Of a stretch of 59,511 nt of DNA, positions 1 to 7,835 are shown piece by piece. A program made the position numbers and the translations under genes. The stretch comes from Bacteroidota bacterium. Its GTDB lineage: Bacteria > Bacteroidota > Bacteroidia > AKYH767-A > OLB10. A model generated the notes under the pieces. The model was not told where the DNA came from, did no database searches, and saw only the letters and a list, made by a program, of their open reading frames with translations. The stretch lies in the NCBI GenBank assembly GCA_947447155.1, contig CANFIN010000005.1, forward strand, positions 1-59,511, in the 5' to 3' direction. The stretch's first letter is position 1; each line of letters opens with the position of its first letter.

Positions 1-104
1 AAACCCTACCCTGTGTTGTATCATACACAAATTTATATTGTCTTGCAAAATAGCAGGGGATTGCCTGTAGTAGCGCAAGCACACTTCAGGCAATCCCTAC
101 CCTG
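1..104. repeat. REP-like GTAG palindrome cluster (left of the LamG gene)
   Basis: 1-13 AAACCCTACCCTG is the right arm of the palindrome seen whole at 1838-1865 (cut by the window edge). 54-104 is an expanded hairpin, GGGATTGCCTG(57-67)...CAGGCAATCCC(87-97), ending in CCCTACCCTG. Confidence 0.7.
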
Positions 105-178
105 ATTTTTTACCACCCTCAAACAATAACTTGTTAGTTATTTCCGCATTTTTTCTTGGAGGGTATTATACAGAGCCC

Positions 179-186
179 TAACTTTG
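179..186 (+). promoter_or_regulatory. Bacteroidota primary-sigma -7 element (TAACTTTG) for the LamG gene
   Basis: Matches TAnnTTTG, 44 nt upstream of the ATG at 231. Confidence 0.6.
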
Positions 187-230
187 ATATTAATATCAAT
201 TAATCATTTTTTTAACCAACTTAAATAACA

Positions 231-1754
231 ATGAAAACAAAATCAATTATCGCAGCGCTATTATTCGCTGCAAGCAGTGCTTTTGCACAAGTGCCTTCGT
301 ATGTACCGACTAGCGGACTCGTAGGTTGGTGGCCATTTAATGGCAATGCGAATGATGAGAGTGGGAATGGGAATAATGGGACAGTGAATGGAGCAACGCT
401 GACGATTGATAGATTGGGCAATTCAAATGGTGCTTATTATTTTTCAAGTAATGGTTGTGGGACAAGAATAGATGTTAATGTAAATACAACATCTATTCAA
501 TCGGGATTAACGATTTCAATATGGGCATTAAAAGCCTCAAGTGGATGTATTGGTCCTAGGATTTTAGAGTTTGGGCCAACAGCTGGAAATATAGGAGATG
601 TTCAGTGGATTTGGGATAATTCGAATGGTACTAGGTTTGGCGCTTGCTCTTCTACAGGAACCGCTTATAATTCAAGTTTTACTCCTGTGTTAAATAATAC
701 TTGGACACATTTAGTTTTTACTAATGATGGTTCTATAGCTAAGTTCTATCAGGATGGAGACTTGATAAATAGTATTGTTGTTACGAGTGGTTCACCAAGA
801 ATGGCGAGCAATGGCTGTTTTGGCCGCATGAATCATCCTGCCTACGATGCATTTAATGGTAAACTCGACGACATCGGTATCTGGAACCGAGCACTTACAC
901 AACAAGAAATTACTGCATTATACAATGCGCAATCATGTACAGGAACAGGCGCTATCACCGCTGATGGCCCAACCACTTTCTGCGCAGGCAACTATGTTAA
1001 CTTAAAAAGTGATGTAGTGGGTGGCACCTACCAATGGAAAAAGAATGGAGTGAACATTACTACTAACGCAACATCACGTACATACAAAGCAACTGCAACG
1101 GGTTCTTATACTTGTGTGGCTACTTGTAACGGTACTGCATTAATGAGCAATGATATTCAGGTGACATCACAAACCAATGCAGCAGTAACGCTTACGGCAA
1201 GCGGCGCTACTTCGTTCTGCGCTGGAGATAGCGTTACTTTAAATGCAACTAATCTTGGTAGTGGTTACAGCGTGCAATGGTATCGCACAAATATTTCTAT
1301 GCAAGGAGCTACTAACTATTCGGTGGTAGTAAAACAACCAGGCACCTACAAAACAATAACAAAAAATCTTTCTAACGGATGTTCACGTATTAGCAGTGGC
1401 TCAATCATAACTGCGGTTAATTGTCGTATGAGCAATCCTGATATTATTGCTGTAGACCCTGTGAGTGATGAAATCCCAGCAACTAAATTAGGCAACAGCA
1501 CAGAAACAACTATGCATTTATTCCCTAACCCTAATGCAGGCTCTTTCACATTAGAGTATGATGGCATAGAAGCAGATTTTGAAGTGCAAGTAGTTAATAC
1601 AATGGGTCAGGTTATTTACAATGATATTATCCCATCTAACGATAAGCATTTAAAAACTACTATCAACTTAGGAGACAACATGCAAAAAGGTGTTTATGTC
1701 GTTCGCATTATCAATGGTGAGAACGTACAGGAGTCGAAGGTGATGTTGCAGTAG
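231..1754 (+). CDS. Secreted LamG-like jellyroll protein with Ig-like repeats and T9SS type A C-terminal sorting domain
   Basis: Signal peptide (AASSAFA/Q). LamG signatures GLVGWWPFNGNANDESGNGNNG and FNGKLDDIGIWNRALT. Two 'GxTxFCAG...YQW/VQW' Ig-like units. CTD LFPNPNAG...GVYVVRI...KVMLQ. Confidence 0.85.
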   Translation: MKTKSIIAALLFAASSAFAQVPSYVPTSGLVGWWPFNGNANDESGNGNNGTVNGATLTIDRLGNSNGAYYFSSNGCGTRIDVNVNTTSIQSGLTISIWALKASSGCIGPRILEFGPTAGNIGDVQWIWDNSNGTRFGACSSTGTAYNSSFTPVLNNTWTHLVFTNDGSIAKFYQDGDLINSIVVTSGSPRMASNGCFGRMNHPAYDAFNGKLDDIGIWNRALTQQEITALYNAQSCTGTGAITADGPTTFCAGNYVNLKSDVVGGTYQWKKNGVNITTNATSRTYKATATGSYTCVATCNGTALMSNDIQVTSQTNAAVTLTASGATSFCAGDSVTLNATNLGSGYSVQWYRTNISMQGATNYSVVVKQPGTYKTITKNLSNGCSRISSGSIITAVNCRMSNPDIIAVDPVSDEIPATKLGNSTETTMHLFPNPNAGSFTLEYDGIEADFEVQVVNTMGQVIYNDIIPSNDKHLKTTINLGDNMQKGVYVVRIINGENVQESKVMLQ

Positions 1755-1775
1755 TGTTGTTTAAGAAATAGTTTT

Positions 1776-1803
1776 AAGGAGGTCGATGGGCCTCCTTTTT
1801 TTT
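1776..1803 (+). terminator. Rho-independent terminator
   Basis: AAGGAGGTC-GATG-GGCCTCCTT stem followed by a T run, 21 nt after the stop of 231..1754. Confidence 0.8.
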
Positions 1804-1813
1804 GGCTAATCTG

Positions 1814-1911
1814 TAGCAGGGTAGGGAATTACATGAAGCAGGGTAGGGTTTAAACCCTACCCTGCGCAATCATGTATAAATATCGCAGGGTGGGGATTAA
1901 TCCCCACCCTG
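1814..1911. repeat. REP-like GTAG/GTGG palindrome cluster (right of the LamG gene)
   Basis: Half copy TAGCAGGGTAGGGA at 1814-1827. Perfect 28-bp palindrome GCAGGGTAGGGTTT|AAACCCTACCCTGC at 1838-1865. Perfect 26-bp palindrome CAGGGTGGGGATT|AATCCCCACCCTG at 1886-1911. Confidence 0.8.
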
Positions 1912-1938
1912 TTCATCAATTCTATTATCATTTCAAAT

Positions 1939-2056
1939 TAAAAAAACAGGATTTTTCAGAACCCATTTTTCATAATTTTTATTTTTCAATTTTAATTTTA
2001 TCTCGTAAAATAAAATTAGACTGGAAAAATTCGGAATCGAATTCCGAATTTTTCCA
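1939..2056 (+). repeat. Left copy of ~117-bp imperfect direct repeat flanking the AAA ATPase gene; ends in a 16-bp-arm inverted repeat
   Basis: Aligns by eye with 3233-3351 (shared CCATTTTTC.TAATTTT, CTCGTAAAA.TAAAATT, GGAAAAATTCGGAATCG.ATTCCGAATTTTTCC). Inverted repeat TGGAAAAATTCGGAAT-CGA-ATTCCGAATTTTTCCA at 2022-2056. Confidence 0.9.
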
Positions 2057-2064
2057 TATATTTG
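2057..2064 (+). promoter_or_regulatory. -7 element TATATTTG, probable leaderless promoter of the AAA ATPase gene
   Basis: TAnnTTTG consensus directly after the palindrome and 4 nt before the ATG at 2069. Confidence 0.75.
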
Positions 2065-2068
2065 CGGC

Positions 2069-3229
2069 ATGGTACAAAGGATAGCAAAAAAGAAATTAAT
2101 TGATCTTGCCTCCAAGTTTAAGGCGGTTGCTGTTATTGGAGCGCGTCAGTCGGGGAAGACCACACTCATCAAACAGGTATTTAAAAATAAGCCTTATGTT
2201 TCGATGGAGAATCCTGATACGCGACATTTTGCGATTGAAGATCCGCGAGGATTTTTATCGTCGTTTCCGAAAGGAGCCATCCTTGATGAGGTGCAACGTG
2301 TGCCACAACTATTTTCATACTTACAAGAGATTCTCGATGACCAACGAGCAAAAGGATTGTTTATCCTTTCCGGTTCAAACAATTTTTTACTTCAACAAAA
2401 TATCTCGCAAACATTGGCTGGCCGTGTAGGATACTTGCAGCTACTCCCATTTTCTATTAGTGAGTTAAGTAAGAGTAAACTATTAGCAGCAAGCGATGAT
2501 GCCTTAATGCTGAAAGGGTTTTATCCGCCTGTATATGATCAGAAAATTCCTTTTGGTGATTGGTGTCCTAATTATATCAGCACCTATATTGAAAGAGATG
2601 TGCGCCAAATAAAAAACATAACCGACCTTATTGTATTTGGAAGGTTTATGAAACTACTCGCAGGTAGAAACGGACAAGAATTGAACTATAGTTCACTATC
2701 GATAGAAACGGGTGTAGATATGAAAACGATACAATCGTGGGTGGGAGTATTAGAAAGCAGCTTTATCATTTACCTATTAAAGCCACACCATAATAACTTC
2801 AATAAAACGATTGTAAAACGTCCTAAGCTGTATTTCTACGACACATCGATTGTTTGTTCCTTGCTAGGAATTCGAAATGTAGCGCAGATAAAAAACCATC
2901 CACTACGCGGAGCCATCTTCGAAGGAATGGTGATTACAGAGTTGTTAAAGAACAGAACCAATGCAGGCAAGCCTGTTAATTTATCGTTTTGGCGAGATAA
3001 AACAGGAAGAGAGATTGATGTTATTGTTGACAATGGCAACACTCAGTTTCCAATTGAGATAAAATCAGGTAAAACAATTCATGATGAGTTTTTGAAGAAT
3101 ATCGAATATTGGAAATCAATGAGTGGGTTCAAAAAAGGACTTGTATTATATGCAGGAAAAGAAAATCAGAAGAGAAGCAAAGGAACCGATATTTTAAACT
3201 GGAGAGCACTTTCAGAATTAGATTTGTGA
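2069..3229 (+). CDS. AAA_14/DUF4143-type ATP-binding protein (P-loop ATPase, winged helix, C-terminal PD-(D/E)xK-like domain)
   Basis: Walker A GARQSGKT, Walker B ILDEVQ, ILSGS, TLAGR, TYIERDVR. HTH-like LNYSSLSIETGVDMKTIQSWVGVLE. KRPKLYFYD. C-terminal FWRD..GREIDVIV...PIEIKSG. Confidence 0.9.
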   Translation: MVQRIAKKKLIDLASKFKAVAVIGARQSGKTTLIKQVFKNKPYVSMENPDTRHFAIEDPRGFLSSFPKGAILDEVQRVPQLFSYLQEILDDQRAKGLFILSGSNNFLLQQNISQTLAGRVGYLQLLPFSISELSKSKLLAASDDALMLKGFYPPVYDQKIPFGDWCPNYISTYIERDVRQIKNITDLIVFGRFMKLLAGRNGQELNYSSLSIETGVDMKTIQSWVGVLESSFIIYLLKPHHNNFNKTIVKRPKLYFYDTSIVCSLLGIRNVAQIKNHPLRGAIFEGMVITELLKNRTNAGKPVNLSFWRDKTGREIDVIVDNGNTQFPIEIKSGKTIHDEFLKNIEYWKSMSGFKKGLVLYAGKENQKRSKGTDILNWRALSELDL

Positions 3230-3232
3230 TGA

Positions 3233-3351
3233 TAAAAAAGGCTATTTTTTGGAAGCCATTTTTCGTAATTTTAAATTTTCGATTTTCATTTCACCTCGTA
3301 AAAATAAAATTGATCGGAAAAATTCGGAATCGGATTCCGAATTTTTCCGAT
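3233..3351 (+). repeat. Right copy of the direct repeat; ends in a 19-bp-arm inverted repeat
   Basis: Starts 3-4 nt after the ATPase stop. Inverted repeat ATCGGAAAAATTCGGAATC-G-GATTCCGAATTTTTCCGAT at 3313-3351. No TAnnTTTG follows it. Confidence 0.9.
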
Positions 3352-3392
3352 GTTATTAAACAAACAGAATTATGTTTGCCTGCAATGTATGT

Positions 3393-3599
3393 TTATAGAT
3401 CCTTCTTTTTATTCCAAATAAAGAAATAACCAACTCCTAAAATAATAGCCAGTGAAAAAGTAAAGTTGGTAATTAAAAATCCTTGGTCTTGTTCTGTTAA
3501 ATCACCACCACCACGACGTAGTTTAAAAACGAAATAGGATAAAATACATCCGATTACAACAGATGTAATAATGATGATTACACGACGGCGATTTGACAT
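3393..3599 (-). CDS. Small two-TM membrane protein, hypothetical
   Basis: 68 aa with two hydrophobic helices and basic flanks. A minus-strand TATCTTTG (3604-3611) lies 4 nt before its ATG. It fills an otherwise empty gap. Confidence 0.7.
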   Translation of the reverse strand: MSNRRRVIIIITSVVIGCILSYFVFKLRRGGGDLTEQDQGFLITNFTFSLAIILGVGYFFIWNKKKDL

Positions 3600-3650
3600 A
3601 GGTCAAAGATATAAATTCTAATTAAACTTATTTTGCGCTAATTTAGACGC

Positions 3651-5690
3651 ATGTCATTACCTAACGAACCAAACGCTTTAATTCATTGTACGAGTCCTTA
3701 TTTATTGCAGCATGCCTATAACCCGGTGCATTGGCTACCATGGACAAACGATTCATTGCATAAGGCAAAAGAGGAGAATAAGTTAATCATTGTCAGCATT
3801 GGTTATTCTACTTGTCATTGGTGTCATGTAATGGAGCATGAGAGTTTTGAGGACGAGGAAATTGCTACGGTCATGAATAAAAATTATGTTAGCATAAAAG
3901 TAGACCGAGAAGAGCGCCCTGATATTGATAAAATTTACATGGATGCAGTGCAGCTAATGACAGGCAGAGGTGGCTGGCCGCTGAATTGTATTTTGCTTCC
4001 CGATGGTCGCCCGATTTATGGAGGCACCTATTTTCAAAAAGAGCAATGGAGAAATATCTTGTTGCATATTGCAAACCTCTACCGAACAGATCCTGAAAAG
4101 TGCTATAGTTATGCTACGGAATTAACCGAGGGTATCAACAAAATGGAATCTTTTAGGAAAGACGCTACCGTTAGTACACTAAGCCCGATTGACTGGCAGC
4201 AGTTATTTCTGAATTGGTCAGTGAATTTTGATACCGAAGATGGAGGGAATAACCGTTCACCTAAATTTCCGATGCCTTCTAATTACGATTGGATGCTGGA
4301 TTTTTTCTTGTTGCATAAACATGCTTACGCAGGAGAGCATTTGCAGCTTACGCTGAATAAAATGTTGCATGGAGGAATCTATGATCAGCTAGGAGGAGGA
4401 TTCTGTCGTTATAGCACCGACATGCAATGGAAGGTTCCTCACTTTGAAAAAATGTTATATGATAATGCGCAATTACTATCTCTCTATTCAAAAGCGTATG
4501 CTGTTTTTAAAAATGAAAACTATAAAGAAATTGCAAATGGAATTTTAAAGTTCTTACAAGCTGAATTAAAATCTGAATCGGGTTTATTTTATTCAGCACT
4601 CGATGCCGATACAGAAGGCGTGGAAGGTAAATTTTATACGTGGACAGTGGAAGAATTACAACAATTGTTAGAGGAGCAAGAATACATGATTGCTAAGGAA
4701 TATTTCCACTTCGATAAAAAAGGATATTGGGAAGATGAAGTTTATATTCCCTTGCGAAATGAAAATCCTGAACCTATTTATCAGAAGTATCAATTAACAA
4801 AAGAAGAATTTTATTCTTCAATCACGAACATAAAAAGCAAACTATTGGCACAAAGAAACAAACGTGTAAACCCTTCATTAGACAATAAACAGATTGCATG
4901 CTGGAACGGGTTATTATTAAAAGGATTTTCGGATGCCTATCAAGCTACACAGGATGCAACTTTTCTCGAAGAAGCGACTAAATTAGCAGACAGTATAATT
5001 AACCATTTGATTCACGACAATAAAGTGATTCACTCAATAGTCTCAACCTCAGAAAATAATCAAACAGCAAGTCATAACGAAGGCTTTCTAGATGATTACG
5101 CGAGTATCATTGAAGGACTAATTGCTGTTTATCAGATTACTTTTAATGAGCAATATTTGCTACTTGCAAAACAACTATGTGAAACTGCCATCCATAATTT
5201 TAGTACTGAAGGCTCTCCCATCTTCTACTATTCATCAAACACTGCTGAAAAACTAATCAAGCGTAGTATGGAATTACAAGACAATGTTATTCCTTCTTCT
5301 AATGCAATGATGGCGATGAACCTTTATTTACTTTCTCGCTATTTCGATGAGTCCAATTATTTAAAGCGTGCGCAACAAATGCTTGCTCTAGTACAAAAGG
5401 AAATCAATAATACTATTCCGTGGTATAGCAAGTGGGCACAGGTAGCATTGCTAATGGAAAACAGCAAAGAAGAATTAGTGGTGAGTGGACCATCAGCGAA
5501 CGAATGGATTCATCAAATTCAAAAAAATTATCGTCCGAATTTAATTTTTTCAGTAGCTCATCAGGATGCTAATTTACCTCTGAATAAAAATCGTTTTAGT
5601 GTAGATAAAACCATTGCCTACCATTGCATTGACAATGCATGCTCCTTACCTATTACCAATTTTAAAGCGCTATCAACACTTTTTAATTAA
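3651..5690 (+). CDS. yyaL: Thioredoxin-domain protein, YyaL/SPATA20 family
   Basis: N-terminal [78 protein letters not shown]. Confidence 0.92.
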   Translation: MSLPNEPNALIHCTSPYLLQHAYNPVHWLPWTNDSLHKAKEENKLIIVSIGYSTCHWCHVMEHESFEDEEIATVMNKNYVSIKVDREERPDIDKIYMDAVQLMTGRGGWPLNCILLPDGRPIYGGTYFQKEQWRNILLHIANLYRTDPEKCYSYATELTEGINKMESFRKDATVSTLSPIDWQQLFLNWSVNFDTEDGGNNRSPKFPMPSNYDWMLDFFLLHKHAYAGEHLQLTLNKMLHGGIYDQLGGGFCRYSTDMQWKVPHFEKMLYDNAQLLSLYSKAYAVFKNENYKEIANGILKFLQAELKSESGLFYSALDADTEGVEGKFYTWTVEELQQLLEEQEYMIAKEYFHFDKKGYWEDEVYIPLRNENPEPIYQKYQLTKEEFYSSITNIKSKLLAQRNKRVNPSLDNKQIACWNGLLLKGFSDAYQATQDATFLEEATKLADSIINHLIHDNKVIHSIVSTSENNQTASHNEGFLDDYASIIEGLIAVYQITFNEQYLLLAKQLCETAIHNFSTEGSPIFYYSSNTAEKLIKRSMELQDNVIPSSNAMMAMNLYLLSRYFDESNYLKRAQQMLALVQKEINNTIPWYSKWAQVALLMENSKEELVVSGPSANEWIHQIQKNYRPNLIFSVAHQDANLPLNKNRFSVDKTIAYHCIDNACSLPITNFKALSTLFN

Positions 5691-5712
5691 TTTCGATAAA
5701 AATTTACTGAAT

Positions 5713-7764
5713 ATGAAAAAGCAATTGCTCGTTGCAGCATTATTTCTTTCTGTCGGATTTGTTTCTTGCAATCAGAACAAATCAACTACAGAAAAACCAG
5801 CAGATGTAAAAGATGTGCTGGTAGAAAACATGGACACTACCATCAACCCTGCCGATGATTTCTTCGGATATGCTTGTGGTGGCTGGATTAAGAACCATCC
5901 CATACCTGCCTCTGAAAAGGGATTTGGTATCTGGACGATGGTAATGAATGAAACGTATAACCGTACTAAATCCATTAGTGAAGAAGCTGGAAAATCAGAA
6001 GCTACGAAAGGAAGTATCGAACAAAAAATTGGAGATTTCTACTTTTCGGGTATGGATACCGTTAGTATTGATAAAATGGGTATTGCTCCACTTAAAAAAG
6101 AATTAGATGCTATTAGTAACATCAAAACAAAAGAAGATGTATTGGCAACAGTTGCGCATATGCAAGTATATGGAGCAAGTCCTTTTTACAGTGCAGGTGT
6201 TTATCAGGACGAGATGAACAGCGAGCAAGTATCAGTGCATCTTGGTCAAGGTGGAATTGGATTACCTGACCGTGATTACTATTTCAATTCAGATAGTCGC
6301 ACAAAAAACATTCGTGAAGAATACAAAAAGCATATTGTAAATATGTTTAAGCTAACTGGCGAAGACTCTGCAACAGCCAATGCTAACATGAATAAAGTAT
6401 GGAGCTTAGAAACTTCTTTTGCAAAAGCATCACGTAAGTTAGAAGACCTTCGTGATCCTTATGCTAACTACAACAAGAAAGCTGTATCAGAATTAGGAAA
6501 ACTTACGCCTTCTATCAATTGGGCAACAATGTTTACTAATATGAAAATGTCGAAATTGGATACTGTAATTGTGGGCCAACCTGAGTTTTTAAAGCAAATG
6601 GAAGCTTCTATCAAATCAGTTTCTATTGAAGATTGGAAAGCATATTTTAAATGGTGTTTAATAAATACTTATGGCGACTATTGCGGTAAAGAATTCGAAC
6701 AAGAAGCATTTAATTTTAATGGAAAAATATTAAACGGAGTTAAGGTACAACGTGACCGTTACAAGCGCGTATTGGATGAAGAAGAATCATGCATGGGCGA
6801 TTTACTAGGACAGCTTTACGTGAAAAATTATGTGTCTCCATCAGTAAAAAAACGTTACGAAGATTTAACAAAAAACATGTTCGATGCATATCGTGAACGC
6901 ATCAAAGGATTAGATTGGATGAGTGCAGAAACAAAAGAAAAAGCTATTAGCAAATTAAATTCAATAACTGTTAAATGCGGTTATCCTGATAAATGGAAAG
7001 ATTATTCATCGTTATCGATCAGCAGAGATGCTTATGTAATTAACATCATGAATAGTCACATTTGGGCACATGAATATCAAGTATCCAAATTAGGCAAACC
7101 AGTTGACCGTACTGAGTGGGATATGACTCCTCAGACTTACAACGCTTATTACAATCCTTCAAATAATGAAATCGTATTGCCAGCTGCAATATTTATCATT
7201 CCTGGACTACCAGATTCATTAGCAGATGATGCTATCATTTATGGATATGCGGGTGCTTCTACTATCGGTCACGAAGTAACGCACGGCTTTGATGACCAAG
7301 GAAGGCAATTTGATGAGAAAGGAAATTTGAAGTCATGGTGGACAGCAAACGACGAAAAAGAATTTAAGAACAGAGCACAGAAAATTATTGATCAATTCAA
7401 TAGCTTTAAAGTGTTAGACAGCTTACATGTTAATGGTGATGCAACACAAGGTGAAAACATCGCTGACTTAGGTGGAGTTGTAATCGGATTAGAAGCATTT
7501 AAGAAAACGGAGCAATATAAGTCTGGAAAAGTAATCAACGGCCTTACACCAGTACAACGTTATTTTATGGGATATGCATTAAGTTGGGTTGGACATTATC
7601 GTGATGAAGTAATGGCTTTACGTATTATGACGGATGTTCACTCGCCTAACTTCTTACGCGTGCAAGGACCAGTGATGAATGTGCCAGAATTCTACGAAGC
7701 GTTTAATGTAAAACCAAACAATAAAATGTTTGTTCCTCTTGAGAAAAGAGTGAAAATCTGGTAA
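5713..7764 (+). CDS. M13 family (neprilysin/PepO-like) zinc metallopeptidase, lipoprotein
   Basis: Start moved to ATG 5713 (MKKQLL...FVSC lipobox). P.DDFF.YACGGW, NAYYNP..NEIVLPAA, HEVTHGFDDQG (HExxH), GENIADLGG. Confidence 0.93.
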   Translation: MKKQLLVAALFLSVGFVSCNQNKSTTEKPADVKDVLVENMDTTINPADDFFGYACGGWIKNHPIPASEKGFGIWTMVMNETYNRTKSISEEAGKSEATKGSIEQKIGDFYFSGMDTVSIDKMGIAPLKKELDAISNIKTKEDVLATVAHMQVYGASPFYSAGVYQDEMNSEQVSVHLGQGGIGLPDRDYYFNSDSRTKNIREEYKKHIVNMFKLTGEDSATANANMNKVWSLETSFAKASRKLEDLRDPYANYNKKAVSELGKLTPSINWATMFTNMKMSKLDTVIVGQPEFLKQMEASIKSVSIEDWKAYFKWCLINTYGDYCGKEFEQEAFNFNGKILNGVKVQRDRYKRVLDEEESCMGDLLGQLYVKNYVSPSVKKRYEDLTKNMFDAYRERIKGLDWMSAETKEKAISKLNSITVKCGYPDKWKDYSSLSISRDAYVINIMNSHIWAHEYQVSKLGKPVDRTEWDMTPQTYNAYYNPSNNEIVLPAAIFIIPGLPDSLADDAIIYGYAGASTIGHEVTHGFDDQGRQFDEKGNLKSWWTANDEKEFKNRAQKIIDQFNSFKVLDSLHVNGDATQGENIADLGGVVIGLEAFKKTEQYKSGKVINGLTPVQRYFMGYALSWVGHYRDEVMALRIMTDVHSPNFLRVQGPVMNVPEFYEAFNVKPNNKMFVPLEKRVKIW

Positions 7765-7778
7765 GTAAAAAAAGCCAA

Positions 7779-7816
7779 TAAAAAAACGGGATGTTGCAAA
7801 TGCTTCATCCCGTTTT
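7779..7816. terminator. Bidirectional terminator between convergent genes
   Basis: AAAACGGGATG(7783-7793)...CATCCCGTTTT(7806-7816). Confidence 0.8.
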
Positions 7817-7835
7817 AATTTAGTATAAACTACGA

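Noticed and set aside
1-3351. Repeats read as a CRISPR array, integron attC sites or IS ends
   Set aside because: No regular repeat-spacer period or cas genes, no RYYYAAC/GTTRRRY attC cores or integrase, and no transposase or terminal inverted repeats with target duplication.
1872-3429. ORFs 1872..2084, 1933..2115 and 3109..3429; the last two share GKIRNxIPNFS
   Set aside because: The shared peptide is just the translation of the repeated palindrome. The ORFs overlap the ATPase and are low-complexity.
5614-5712. Extended N-terminus of the M13 peptidase
   Set aside because: It overlaps yyaL; the lipoprotein signal starts at ATG 5713.
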